Assembly: GCA_010093605.1 (NCBI GenBank)
Contig: MU004191.1
Span: 666,816 to 730,815, forward strand
Length of the DNA stretch: 64,000 bases
Direction of reading: 5' to 3'
Source: Lophium mytilinum
Taxonomy: Eukaryota
A program made the translations under genes and the position numbers. Shown here piece by piece: positions 1 through 12,784 of this stretch; position 1 is the first letter of the stretch; every line of letters begins with the position of its first letter. The notes beneath the pieces are model-generated. The model was not told the origin of the DNA, searched no databases, and saw only the letters and a list, made by a program, of their open reading frames with translations.

Positions 1-873
1 TTCAGTTTGTGTTTGACGAGGCATGTGGAAGGCTGATAGGTTGAGTGTATAGCGTGAGTTCAAAGTCTCGGAAATACGTTGGGATTCTACGATTGTCCAT
101 CTACCAGCTGCTTTCATGCAGTTGCTTTCATGTTACCCTATCTTTCTTTTGACAACATACTCAGTATCATTTAGTCGTTTGGTTTCGCTCGTATTCAAAC
201 CCTAACCCGAGGACCAGTCTCCGCGTTGCGCATACACAGTTATTGCAATGCCCGTCCGCCTCTGGTGTACATTCAGATTGGCGATACATGTGGCAATGCT
301 CTACTACATAATCGGAACAAGGGCCATAATTCTCACTCCTGCCATCATCATTTCTCCGTCTTCAGTTCAAATCTCACTTATACGTTCTTCGTCAACGGCC
401 TGAAGTAGTACGGTTTGCCGGCTCCGATCTGCGGTAAGCGAGCTTACGCCTGCCCATTACGATCGCGTAAGCCATGAGGCTGACAGCTTTTACAAGTAAG
501 ATTGTTTCGTGGCTCGCTAGTGACGATCTGATTCCTCCATTTTTATATGTAGGATACCCGTTTGTGCTATGGCTGCCGAATACCAGGGATGGTCCGTTCA
601 GTCTGTTGCACGAGCTGCTAACGCGACTTTGTAGTGAATCAGTGAGCGAGTCTTACTTCATGACCCATTACTAAATATACTCATGCGCTCGGCCGTGTCT
701 GCCCGGCGGTAAGTGAAGCCTTTCTCGTCGATTTTCTTTGATATGCCTCAAAAACCGATTTACATTACGATACTACACATTCTAAACACTAGCTTCTCAA
801 TCTCCCCCAGAGGAGGCTGTTTGCCACCATCATTCTTATTATCTTTACAGCAGCAGCTACTTTGCTCTACAAC

Positions 874-2565
874 ATGCTGCTCTTCAATTCCATTTCTATT
901 AGCTTCATCTTCATTGCTATAACTTACTATCTATACTCCCGAGCTACCCTATACCTCCGCCGTCGAGCTTTCCAGCGCCAAGATGGCTGCCAAGCAGCCC
1001 AGATCAAGTACCCACTCAAAGATCCCTTCTTCGGTATAGACCTCATTCTTGACACTATACGCAACGCGAAGAACCACCGTCATCTCGAGGGGACATGGCA
1101 CCGTTACGAAAAATCTGGCAATACATTCACATGCCGCCTCATCAACTGCCCTACTGTCTTCACTATCGACCCTGTAAACATCAAGACGATACTAGCTACC
1201 AAGTTCGAAGACTTCAAGCTATCCACTATCCGTGTGGATGCTATGGTCCCAATCTTCGGCCACGGTATCTTCACTACAGACGGAAAAGCCTGGCAATACT
1301 CTCGCGCCCTGCTCCGTCCCACTTTTACCAAGGAGAGTATCTCCAATCTAGATACGGCAGAGTTCCACTTCCAACATCTTCTTAGATGCATCCCGAGCAA
1401 TAATGCTACAGTCGATCTGCAGGAGCTCTTTTTCCGCTATACGATGGACACCGCGACCGAGTTCCTCTTCGGCCACTCTGTCCACAGCCAAACTCGGGCG
1501 CGTGAGTCAATCGCCGCAAACTCAGTGGTCCCAGACGCAGAGTTCGTGACGCATTACGCGTATACGCAGCTTGAAGCGAGTCACAACGTCCGCTTAGGCC
1601 CTCTGAACAAATTTCACTACAATGCCAAGGCGAACATTGCGCGGGATAAAGTCTTTGCATACGTTGACTCGCTTATCGATGCCCTTTTCGCGAAGCGCGC
1701 TGCTTTTCCAACACTTCCCCCGAAAGCGGAAAAGATTGATCATGATGGCGGGGCCAAGGAGAAGTACATCTTCCTTGAAGCTCTCGCTAACGAGACATCC
1801 GATCGCCAGGTGCTCCGGGATCAGATTCTCAACGTCCTGCTTGCGGGTCCGACACCACTGCTAGCCTTCTAAGCAACCTTTTCTTTGAGCTAGCGCGGCA
1901 TCCAAACGTATGGGCGAAGCTGCGTGATGAAGTCAAGGCTTTGGAAGGTAGACTTCCTACCTACACTGATATGCGGAATATGAAGTACCTCAAGTGGTGC
2001 ATCAACGAAAGTGAGTATCTCACTCATATCCCTCCTCAATATTCGCTAGAGGACTTAGCCCCAAATCTAGCCCTCCGCCTTCGCCCTGTGGATCCCGCCA
2101 ACACCCGCGAAGCTGTTCGCGACACCTTCCTCCCGCACGGGGGCGGACCCGACGGCACATCGCCCCTCTTCGTCAAGAAAGGCACACAGGTGCTCTACAG
2201 CGTCTACAGCATGCACCGCCGCCGCGACTTCTTCGGGCAAGACTCCGAGGTCTTCCGCCCGGAGCGGTGGGAGGGGCTGCATCCGCGATGGGTAAGTTCC
2301 ATTCTCCCGCTTCAGAGAAAATGTAGCTCCCGGTTTAACCGCTGACTTTGAAATGTAGGAGTACCTCTCCTTCAACGGCGGCCCGCGCATCTGTCTCGGG
2401 CAGCAGTTCGCGCTAACGGAGGCGTCATTCGTAGTAGTGCGTTTGCTGCAGGAATTTGCGGGGATTGAGGCGAGGGATGAGGAGCCGTGGATGGAGCTTT
2501 CTACGCTGGTCGTTTGCTCGAAAAATGGGGTTCAGGTGGGCCTTACGAAGGCGGAAGAGCAGTAG
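874..2565 (+). pseudogene. Cytochrome P450, CYP52-clan (alkane/fatty-acid hydroxylase-like), with a 1-nt frameshift in the I-helix (pseudogene or sequencing error)
   Basis: N-terminal TM anchor; GIFTTDGKAWQYSRALLRPTF; DLQELFFRYTMDTATEFLFG. The I-helix reads GCG GGT CC GAC ACC ACT (AG[R]DTT, one base short at ~1849). ETLR is split by intron 2011-2070; FRPERW; intron 2292-2358; heme motif [13 protein letters not shown] at 2563-2565. Confidence 0.85.
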
Positions 2566-3178
2566 TGAGGAAATGGTTCTTAGCTGACTATTCTTATCAT
2601 AGGCAGCTAGGGAAGCGGAGATGCCCCTGTGATTACTTCTGCTAACTTACATTCTCTCTAGATTCCATCTCCTTAGTCCTCTAAACGTTGCACCATTTAA
2701 AATCAAAGACCATGAGAGAATTGAGAATAGACACCGTATGAGATTCCTTTCTACATCTAGGCCTATGTTCAAAAACTGCAGTCGCAATCTAGGCCATGTG
2801 CGAAGCGGTGCACAGACCGTTCTACAACCTAGCCGTTAGACCTTAAGTGGTCTCCAAGGAACACCAGTCAACCATTGCCTAAAAGACCAATCTTCAAATC
2901 CTCGCACGGATGATATCAAAGAAAGAGATTAAGCCGAACTACGTATGCAAGCTGTCTAGGCCCAAGTCGGGATGAGCAATAGGCTGGTCGTTGGCCAAGG
3001 AGTGGCCCACAAGAGCGCTTCGATTATGGTCTACGGCATCGGTGACATTAGCGTCAGCCCTCCAAAACGTTCATCCCACTGCAAGGTCGGTGTCAGGCTG
3101 TTGCCGGCCAAAGTAACATTGCCGCATCCTGTGAGTGGTGTTCTCTCCTCACCTTGCCTGAGCGGATCGAGTTGGCAT

Positions 3179-3857
3179 TTAACCCTTGCGGAAGACGTCG
3201 CCAATCGCCATGATTGAGTCCATGACCTTCCGTCTGGGCTTTCTTTCCTTCAGACTCTTCTCTTGGGGCGGCTGAGTCTTCACAACCGGTGCCTTCTTCT
3301 TCCAGTTCGTGTAAGGATTTCTCTCTTCCTCTGGCTCCGCTTCCGCCTCTTCCGAGACGGCCTCTTCCTCAGCCGAGCCTCCCTTTTTTTTCTTCTTGTG
3401 GCATCCCTTCGTCTCCTTGAGTTGGTCTCTGTAATGCCGGTTCCCGCCGTCACGATACGAATGGCCGGGCTTCATGCACCCGCCCTTCGATTGAACAAGG
3501 AAACGCTCGCCACATCGGCGTTCGGTCTCGTGGTTCTCGTCTGGAGGCATCATCACGTCGCAGTAGGCCATATGAAAATCGTCGTAGCATGTATTAGAGA
3601 TAGGGCCTCTGCAGACAGGGCTGATTCAGAATTAGTTTCATATGTCGCTTGTTAGTAGATAGGGGTATCAGAACTTACCAGTGATGCGACTTAGAAGAAG
3701 TAGCCCCTGTCTCGTCATTGCGGAGAACACGTACCGAGGCTTTGGAAGCCTTGGACTTTCCTTTCGACTTTCCGTTCGCCTTGCCGTTCGTCTTTCCGTT
3801 TGTCTTTCCATTCTTGTCGTCGGTGGCGTCGATTTGAAATGCGATTTTCTTAGCCAT
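3179..3857 (-). CDS. Small basic Cys/His-rich hypothetical protein (possible zinc binding)
   Basis: Exon 1 MAKKIAF... joins via a GTAAGT..CTAAT..CAG intron (3621-3678) to give HCPVCRGPISNTCYDDFHMAYC...CGERF...GGCMKPGH; Lys-rich C-terminal half. Confidence 0.6.
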
Positions 3858-4426
3858 TGTTCGGATTCTGAATGGCTTAGGTGTGACCTATGTGGAAGCG
3901 AAGCATAAAAGTTGTGTCAGCGACGAGATGTGATGTCTTCGAAGTGCCGTTACTGTGGAAGCAGGGGTAGCTGTGGGATCAATGGTGGTATGGGTGGTGA
4001 TGGTGAGTCCGAATTGGGACTTCGGGAAACAGTCTCCATGATTTTTATATCCCTAACGGAGCGTGGAAGCGCTCAGGCAGTGACTTGGGACCGCCGTCGC
4101 CATAATGAATGGATGTGAGTTGCCCCTGAATTCAGTGTCGTTATTGTTCTATATATTGACAGTGAATGCTGATCTAACCCCCTATAGTATATCACGTTGT
4201 TCTCACGGGTTTTGAGGGACACTTTAGGTGCCCTTGATTCACTCACCATGTGCGAGGGTAGCCCTACAAAGTACTTAAACACCCTAGGTTTGCGCGTACA
4301 AGCTCCAACGCAAACTTACCTCACTCACACCACACGCACCCACCACCTACCTACATCAAGTCTGCCTTGTCCACACCACATCTACATCTACGAGCTTCAG
4401 CCCGCTCAGTTGTTGATCTCCACAGA

Positions 4427-6313
4427 ATGGCCTTCACCTGCTGCCAGAAACTGCATAGCCTCCGGAGCAGCGTCCAAGCAGCTGCGCGCGGCGTTCAACG
4501 AAAAGCCAGAGGCGCTGTGAAGAAAGCCAAGCGCAAGGCCAAGGTCGGCACACAGAAGCCAGCCGATTTCAGCATATCTGATGACCTTGCTTGCCCTGAT
4601 GAAACGGGCAAACTGCTTAGCAGGTCATCTCCAAGCCAAAGTTCATTGCAAACCGCCGGCGTATTCACCTCCCCAAACGCCAATTTGGTAGTATCACACC
4701 ATGAGCACAAGCAGGAAACTCCCTTTCTTTCTCCCGCCGCAAATGAGGAAACGCTCCCATCTCTAGGGAAGGGGGCTCACGAGTCTTTCGAGTCGCGGTA
4801 CTGGGGTCGAACCAGCGATATTCCATCAACCGACCTCAGGCGTCTTGCATCGAAAGTACTAGACCCTGAAGGGCAGCTTGGAGGACTCGGCGTGTGGGTC
4901 TCAAGCAAGAAACAGGGGTCCTACAACACTGTCTACATCGTCCAGTTCATTCATGGTTACAAGCTTGCTATCAAAGTTCCTTCCGCAGGGCACGCCTCCC
5001 GATGGAGAAAGGAAGACGCGTCCAACCTTCGCTCAGAGGCCCTTACTATGCAATACATTCGAAAAAATACAAAAGTCCCTGTCCCTGACGTCTACCGCTA
5101 CTCAACAGTCCTAGAAAATGAGATTGGGGCACCTTATATTGTTATGGACGCAATGGAAGGAGTATCGGCGCATCAAATCTGGTACCCCGATGGACACGTT
5201 ACGGAAGAGACTATTGAAACTCGACTTAAACTCTTGCAGTCCATCGCAGGATCCATAGCGGGGCTGCAAACTCTTGAGTTCGACAAGGCGGGCATGCTCG
5301 ACTTTGAGAATGACGACCTGGAGAAACCAACAGTCGGCCCCGTACGCATGTGGCGCGAGCCTTCCGGCTTAGAGCTATACGAGGAGAACTACAAGGAATT
5401 GCTGCTCATGCGAGACACTCGAAGCTTTCCACCAGCGTCAACGGCAAAACAATACTTCTCGTCCGTCCTCAAACCCTGGAACTACGATAGTCACGACGAG
5501 GACCGAGGTACAGGGGTGATCAAAATGGCCGCGAAAGCTTTGGAATGCCATCCCTTCCGGAAATCCCTGAAGTCACCAGATGACGAAACTGAAAGCTTCG
5601 TCATCCAACATCCGGATTTTAACCTTCAGAACATCCTTTGCGATCCTGAGACTCTTCAGATCACAGGTGTAGTCGATTGGGATCTTGTAAGGACAGTACC
5701 TAGGTGTGTTGGCTTTTCTGCGGTTCCAATATGCCTTCGCGAAGATTGGCTACCGCACTATATGTGGCCAGTATCTTCTATTCTAGCTGTTAACCAGCTG
5801 GACATGTACCGCGATCACTACTCGAAGTGCCTTTCGGAGGCTATGGGCGGTGAAGGGGATTGCGTTTTCACGAAGAAGAGCCAGATCTACACTGCGTTGG
5901 ATGCGGCAATGTCTACGAACGGCTCGCTCGGGGTTGCGGACTTTGTTGACAAAGTCTTGCAATACATTTTTCCTTGCCAATCCGCTATGGTTCTGACCTG
6001 CCATCTTGGTGACGAGGAAGATGGGGGCCCGTGTGAAGAATGCATAATGGAACGTATGCCAGCATTTCTGGATCCTGAAGGCCGGGATCCGAACGACGAT
6101 TCAGATGAGAGCGACTTTGACACCGACGAGTCCGACACACAAGCATCTCACGTAGAGTCTCAAACAACTGTATCGGAGGGAACTAGCACTGGAGAAGGGT
6201 ACTCTGTACCCTACGCCGAAGCAGGCTTGGATAGCTCGATAGTCGAAGCTTGTGATGAGATACATGAAGAGATGAAGTCAGGACTTCAGGGCTACTTGGT
6301 GACCATACTATAG
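4427..6313 (+). CDS. Aminoglycoside phosphotransferase (APH)/kinase-like fold protein
   Basis: Long intronless ORF; GSYNTVY Gly loop, LAIKVP, SEALTMQYI, PVPDVY, Brenner motif HPDFNLQNIL, VVDWD; acidic C-tail. Confidence 0.85.
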   Translation: MAFTCCQKLHSLRSSVQAAARGVQRKARGAVKKAKRKAKVGTQKPADFSISDDLACPDETGKLLSRSSPSQSSLQTAGVFTSPNANLVVSHHEHKQETPFLSPAANEETLPSLGKGAHESFESRYWGRTSDIPSTDLRRLASKVLDPEGQLGGLGVWVSSKKQGSYNTVYIVQFIHGYKLAIKVPSAGHASRWRKEDASNLRSEALTMQYIRKNTKVPVPDVYRYSTVLENEIGAPYIVMDAMEGVSAHQIWYPDGHVTEETIETRLKLLQSIAGSIAGLQTLEFDKAGMLDFENDDLEKPTVGPVRMWREPSGLELYEENYKELLLMRDTRSFPPASTAKQYFSSVLKPWNYDSHDEDRGTGVIKMAAKALECHPFRKSLKSPDDETESFVIQHPDFNLQNILCDPETLQITGVVDWDLVRTVPRCVGFSAVPICLREDWLPHYMWPVSSILAVNQLDMYRDHYSKCLSEAMGGEGDCVFTKKSQIYTALDAAMSTNGSLGVADFVDKVLQYIFPCQSAMVLTCHLGDEEDGGPCEECIMERMPAFLDPEGRDPNDDSDESDFDTDESDTQASHVESQTTVSEGTSTGEGYSVPYAEAGLDSSIVEACDEIHEEMKSGLQGYLVTIL

Positions 6314-7709
6314 CGCTAGGTCTTTAACCCACGGCGTCCGGGCAATTGCCGAAGCATCCGGCACTCTTTCACACGCGTCTCGGCAAGAAAAGGTGAGTGA
6401 GCTAGCAAGCAGCCATTCTTCACCATGGTACCAAGACAGCTGACTATGATAAGGAAATGGATCGGAGGAGACTACGGACAGGCCTTAACATGAGGAAAAG
6501 AAAGAATTTCGGGGACTACAGTGGGCACTACTTATTTACTCTGCCGAATCTTGCCCGTTTATGTTCTAGCCTTTCCCTCTGCAATTAGATTCCTCTATCA
6601 TTAATCAACCAACAAAAGTTACTCTTCTCTCCACTAGTGAAGGCAAGAGGGTCTTAATAGACCCGAATACCATGCCCCTTTTGCAAATCTGCGCTGTGTT
6701 CGTCGAACCCGTGACCTCGCATATCCTCGGCACGTTTCGTTCTGACTATGTACCACAGCTCAATCCCTCTTCCTTGGGATATAAAACCCCTCCCCCGCTT
6801 CATCGACTTCGTTCGAGCAAGGGGAGGAGAGGTTGGAGGCATCAAATCATCGATGGAACAGACTCTGATATCGGTCCTCCGCTGTCGGAAACCAAAATGA
6901 AGACTGCGAAGTGACTTGGAAACGTGCGGTGCTCTGCAAAACTACAAAGCCTCACCTTTGATGGAGAGGCTTTGTGGTGTTTGAAACTCGGAAGCAGAGC
7001 GCACGGTACACTTCTTCAGCATGCGTAGATGATGAACCTCACCAACCTACCGATTAACTCCTTGTGCTTTTGCCCCAAAGCAGGAGAAGAGTATCAGCAC
7101 CTGGAGTGCGAGCACCGCCCATATGTAGAGAGTGATAAGCTTCAGCAGCAGCACTTCCACTAACCTCCACCATTCGTAGGTTTCTACGCATAAGTCGATA
7201 CCCACAGCCATCGCAACCTGCCGCCTCTAATTTTGCCAAACCCAGCCCCGCACCATAAAGATGTTGCCTTGAAGAGTTTCCTCCAAGACAGCCATAAAGC
7301 AAGGTGGGCTGCAGTTTTACTCCCACCGCGGAAACAGTGATGCTACTGAGGAAAAGAGGTTGGAGTCTGTTGACAAAGGCAATTATACTCTGAGACAAGG
7401 AGGAGTCGGAGGAAGTCGGACCGAGTACTTGAGACACGTGAGGGATAAGGAAAGTAGCGTCTCGGAGCTTGAATCTAGAGACCGAAGCGGTAGTGGGTCT
7501 AAGTACTAGCCAGTACAGAGGAATTGTAATGATCAGTCTTTCTCTACCCCACGATAAGAGCAAAATGTACCTGATATGGACGGAAAATTGGGGATTTTGC
7601 TTTGAGGGCTCTGTAAATGAGATGCAAGATACCTAGTACATCCATCGCGAGAGAATCCCTCCTAATCCAGAGAAGTTCGCGCCAACACCAGTCTCCTCGT
7701 TCTCAAACC

Positions 7710-8777
7710 TCACACCCTTACCCTCTTCCACCTCACAACCCTCACCTCAAATGGTCCCTGCTGCCACTCCACCCTCCGCTCCTGAGCCCCTGACCTCCTG
7801 TGCCACCTCAACTTCCCCTCCTGAACCTCAACCCCCTCCCCCCAACTCCCCCTCTCCACCCCAACACACCTCAGCACAAACCCTTGCCCCATCCCAAACT
7901 CCCACGTCTCCGCACACCCCACCACCTCCTCCAACTGCGCCCTCTTCGCCGCAAAACTCTCAAACACAATCTCCAGCCCCCTCAGCCCCGGAAACGCCCT
8001 CTCAACCCCCCCGGCCCACCCAAACCCTAACCCCCTCGCGTGCTCTGCCGACAAAACCCTCCCATCCCGCACCCCCTCCCTCCGCTTCCTTGCCAGCTCC
8101 CGCATCACCGCCGCCGTCGGCCGCCTTGCCACGCTCCCATCCCCAACATTCGGATCCACCGCGAGCCCGCCATCCCGCGCCACCTCGCCCGGCGGCGTCT
8201 CCCACGTCCACCAGTCCGTGCGCTCGAGGCGCAGCGTGAGGAACTTGATATTGCGCGACGGGGCGTGGAGGAAGGTCTGGAAGTGCGCGCTCTCCAGGAA
8301 CGTCTGCTGGATGGTGTAGTCCGCGGCTTGGATGTTGTTGCGGAGCAGCTGTTGGCCGAGTCGGCTCTGATTGCGGGAGGGGAAATTGATCGCGGGGCTG
8401 CCGACGAAGATGGCGTTGAGCGAGATGGGGAGGTGCTGGGTTTCGATGTGGATGGCGCGGCAGGTGAGGAGGAGCGGGAGGGCTATGTCGTGGCGCTTGG
8501 GAGCCCTTGCTGATTGGGAGAAGCCGCGGTGGAAGGGGTCGTGGCAGGTGTTGAGGAGGGCGTAGGAGAAGATTTCGTCGCGGAGTTCGCGGGGGAGGCG
8601 GCTGAAGATCGGGCATTGTTGTTGCGGGTTTACTTCTCCATTAGAGTCGGCGCGGACATCGAGGACGTTGTCAGAGTTCTGGGGATGTTAGCTGGCATCG
8701 ATGAACTGTTTGGGAGGGGCCTTGAGGCTCACGAAGTCCGAACCTCTTCTAGAAGGTACGGTGAACATTTGCTCCAT
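7710..8777 (-). CDS. Fungal hypothetical protein with N-terminal F-box-like motif
   Basis: ATG 8777; intron 8679-8732 (GTGAGC..GCTAAC..CAG); spliced frame reads QQCPIFSRLPRELRDEIFSYAL...LLLTCRAIHIET...LTLRLERTDWW and continues into ORF 7710-8183. Confidence 0.7.
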
Positions 8778-9413
8778 TGTATGCGACTGTTTCTTCTGAC
8801 TTCGACAGACCTATTTGTCTGTTGGAGGTCTGTAGTGGTGGGGTACCGGCGATACCTAATTTATGTTGTGGCTAGAGGCACAGCTTACCCCTGCATAGCG
8901 GCACGGCAGCTAGGCAGCCACTTTTAGAGCCAGTAAGTTTTGCATGGATTACATTCCTTCAAGTCCTTCGAGTCCTCCTATGCTGTCCACAATCCCCAAT
9001 CTCAAGTATCATGCCATTCATCCAGGGTATCGAGGCACACAAAGATAACGCTCTTGGAACATGGTAAATATAGATAGCCATGGATGTGTGAAATTCTCTT
9101 CTCCACCGCGAAAGAAGTCGAGGAAGAAATCTTCCTGTGCATTGACATATGAAAGCGTCCCTAGGCTAAAATGCAGATATGTAAAATGCTGTTAGATGGA
9201 ACATTGAAAAGGAAGACCCTCAATCTCCACCGCAAAAGCAGATTGAAATCAAATACTTCCATACATGGACACGACAACACTTTTTGACGTTAAAATACGA
9301 CGGGTATAAAAGATATAGGAAATTTTCATCAGATGCGTCCTCCACATGAAACAGAATGTTCGAAACAATGCAATCAAAATCGGCCGAGATCCTCGATTAG
9401 TGTCCGTGCGAAA

Positions 9414-10894
9414 TCATGCCTTCTCTGGGTCGTTGATACCGCCGTTGGTGATGATGTAGGTAGCTTCGCGCTCGGGACAGTCTAAGGAAGAGTGATTAGT
9501 AAATGCTAGAGATGCATTGGACGTATTTTATGTCATACCCGGAGAGTCCTGGACTTTTGCAACACGTTCTTCACCGCGGCCTTTGCGAAGAAGGATTCGA
9601 GTGGTAGAGGCATGGGCGAGGATGTGACCACCGACTGGCTTGCGACCGTCGGCACCGGCAAATAAAGCGCTGGCACCGGGATCGCTCTGTACTTGGTTGG
9701 TCAAGAGGACGGCGATGTTGAAAGCTGGAAGACGTAAGCGGCCAAGATCTCGATTGATTTCTGCAAAGTCCTGCTCACCTTCAGCGAGGTGGGTCAGTCT
9801 AGAGAGGAATTGATTCAGCTTCTGCTGGCGCTCATTGAGTTCTCCACGACCAACGTAGTCTACTCGGAAAAGAGAGATGATACTGTCGATGACCAGAAGG
9901 CGGTACTCGTTGTTGACGAAGTACTCTGCGACTCGGTTGAGCAGTTCCATCTGATGCTCGCTGTTCACTGCTCTGGCATAGCTGATGTTCTCGAGGGCGT
10001 TCTCGGGATCAACGCCGAAGCGCTCGGCAATCTGGGTGATACTAGAATGAATCAACATGCGGCTAAAAGGAATTGAATTGAAGGGCTGGCTACCGCTCTG
10101 GTCGGAACGTTCCCTCGGTGTCTAGAGTACTCGTTAGACAGACTGCAGTCAATGTTCAACCAGGAAGACTGACCAATGTATGCAACCTTGCCTTCCGCAC
10201 CACCCATATCCTATGTTGTCAGAAGAAGTCTGGGTGGTCCGACGGAATATATACCTTGGGAAGTTGAGCTATGACCGACATAGTATGCGCGATCTGAGTC
10301 TTGCCGCAACCTAAGCTTCATCAGGCCCGTTCGCTAAGGAACCCATGAGTATGACTTACGAAACTCTCCAAAGACCTCGCTGATGCTCATCGTCTGAAAT
10401 CCTCTGCAACGCAGTCAGCACCCATGAAATCCGTCAAGAGCCTGGGCCATACCCTCCAATGATCGCATCAAACTGCTTGCTACCAGTAGAGATCTTAAGA
10501 ACCCGCTTGCGCTGCTGGCCAAGCTCCTGGGCGGTGACGAATCCGCCTCCAGACGGCTGGCACTTCGCAATAGCATCCTTGACTTTATCAACCTTGATCT
10601 CCGAGAAGCCCTTGATCTTGAGCAGATTGCGACGCGTCGCAGCATGGACGGACTGCCACCCTGTTAGCATACTGAGTATCAGCGTTCATCGATGACGAGA
10701 GGCATACCGCAATGGTATAATACCCACTCGTCTTCAACTTCGAGATGTCCACTGCGCCGATGCCGTGGGCCTGGATGGCATCAATATCGACGATGAAGCC
10801 GTCCTGAGGCAGGTCAGTACACCGTCATCGAGATCATTCCAGATTGGCGGCCTACATCGTTCAGAGAGTCGTCGCTGGCAACGGAAGAAGGCAT
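9414..10894 (-). CDS. DMC1: Meiotic recombinase Dmc1
   Basis: Multi-exon: [36 protein letters not shown], Walker A GEFRCGKT (DMC1 type), [56 protein letters not shown]; stop at 9414. Confidence 0.95.
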
Positions 10895-11857
10895 CGTAGG
10901 ACTCGGCGGAGCGGTAAAGGGGTGCACTAGCAAGTGTTGAGGGGGATGCGATGAGTTGGGATAGCTGTTGAATCATACAGGAAGAGATGAGATGGGAAGA
11001 AGAGAAGGATGGAGGTTGAAAGAAGGTTTGGTGAAATACGCCAAGCCGAGGCCTTAAATATAAAATAAGGCTAGTGGAAAAATTACCGTCAACCTCTTGA
11101 CGTCGGCAACGCCCTCGCATGAAGCGCAAGAGCCTGAGAAAGGATTGCATGGCTGTTGCAATGGCTATAGTCGTGATAGAAACCCTGCCCTGGTGCGTCA
11201 AGACCTCACAAACTTCCGGTGAAGATAAACGCTACTTCTGGATTTGATGGAGTGGAAATATGCACACGAAAAGGAGAACCACTTCAACAAGCAGCCACAC
11301 GCCTCAACAAGCAAATTGAGGTGCACTAGAGGGACAAAAAAGCACCACGATAGACATGCCATTGGGTGCCAAACAACCTAGAAGTAAACAAACCACACCG
11401 ACAGGCGCTCACTGCTCTACACACCATCCCTCCAAGCCTTTCCCAACTTCGCTGCTTGCCACCCTCCATTGCTTAGGCGTCGCCTCATTTCTCTTCGCCC
11501 CCATCTAACTGCCAAAACCCGTCAGTGGGCTCCGGTATCCAGACGCAGGCGCAGAAGGAAAAAGACAGCCTCAATCCAATCCGGTTCGAAGGTTTTCTGG
11601 GAATGCTAATTTCATGGGGTATCGGAGATGTTTATTCGTGAAATACTTTTGCGGGGTCGTTACAACGTGAAGAGATAATGTCGGTGCCAGCGTGTAGGGA
11701 GAAATGGCTGCCGCAGGCAAGGGAAACGATTGTGGATATGGGGAAAAATTATAGCTGAACATGGGATAGTAGGTTCCGGGGACGTCGCAGTCCTCGGAAG
11801 ATGTACTTGCAGTATCATGTTCCCATGGGACATGCAAGACTAGATCGGGTGTGGTGT

Positions 11858-12784
11858 TTATGCCACGGCCGTCGTAGGAGCTGGAGGTGCAACTCCTGCG
11901 CTGGCGGCAGGGGCAGGCAGACCATCTCCATTGACCTCAGCTTGCGGGCATTCTCGGGAGATATGACCGGCCTCGCCGCATCGGTAGCAAGTCTTGCCAG
12001 CCGTGTTGAGGGGGCCTCCGTTGGGCGCGGTGCAGTCGCGTGAGATATGGCCAAGCTTACCGCAGGCGTAGCACTTCATGGCCTGAGCCTGGCAATCACG
12101 AGCGTAGTGATTGGGTCCGCCACACTTGTAGCAAGTGGCTGGTCGTGGACCGCCAGCGAAACCTCCTCGGAAGCCGCCGGCAAAGCCGCCGCGGGGGATC
12201 CCGGCACCGCGTCCAATTCCAGCGGCACCTGGGTTCGGGCAAGAGCGCTTTGGACGTGTTAAAGGAGTGTATTTGGGGGAGCTTCGAGTTTCCTTACAGC
12301 AAGATGTCCGGGCTGGCCACAGGAATAGCATCTTCCGCTGGTTCCGGCACCGCTCAGACGGAGAGTCGGGCAGTCAGCCTGGACGTGACCAAGACCCTGG
12401 CAGTGGTAGCACTGCTTGGCTGCAGAGTATGTTAATGAAGGAACACTATGTGCATGCGTGATAGGAAACCGTACTCTCGGTCGTGCGGGGGTGTGGGCAT
12501 CCATTAGACTCGTGGCCTTGGTTGGTGGTTAGCTTTCGCCTCGATGTTGGTCCATACGGGTGTCAGGTACCTGGTTGCTTGCCTATAGTTGCAAATTAGT
12601 ACTTGGCGCATATACTTGGGTAGTTCGGAGTAGCTCACAGTTGTAGCACAGCCTCTCAGACGAAGAGCAGACCTCTATCGCAAAGCATCAGTATTGGCGC
12701 TTTGTCGCAGGCGCATCCGAGCATACCAGCGTAATGGCCGACGTTGCCGCACTTGTAGCACGCACGACGTGATAGGGACGACAT
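11858..12784 (-). CDS. GIS2: CNBP/Gis2/Byr3-type multi CCHC zinc-knuckle RNA-binding protein
   Basis: MSSLSRRACYKCGNVGHYA start; seven CX2CX4HX4C knuckles over several short exons, including a 12-nt micro-exon (12571-12582); RGG box. Confidence 0.9.

Noticed and set aside
198..208. AACCCTAACCC, telomere-repeat or telomerase-template-like
   Set aside because: Fewer than two repeat units with no supporting structure. A similar string occurs by chance inside a CDS at ~8023.
3610..3680. In-frame TGA (possible selenocysteine) if the CAG acceptor at ~3609-3611 is used
   Set aside because: The acceptor at 3621 lies nearer the branch site and gives an open frame with TGC (Cys), so no recoding is needed.
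7751..8616. Pro-rich and antisense shadow ORFs (similar ones at 21664-22662, 32804-33793, 42742-43450 and 55290-56103)
   Set aside because: By-products of codon bias and C/G skew within genuine genes on another frame or strand.
11774..11838. Two adjacent hairpins in the GIS2 3' UTR
   Set aside because: Short stems, and the first has an A-C mismatch on the mRNA strand. Not distinguishable from chance without conservation data.
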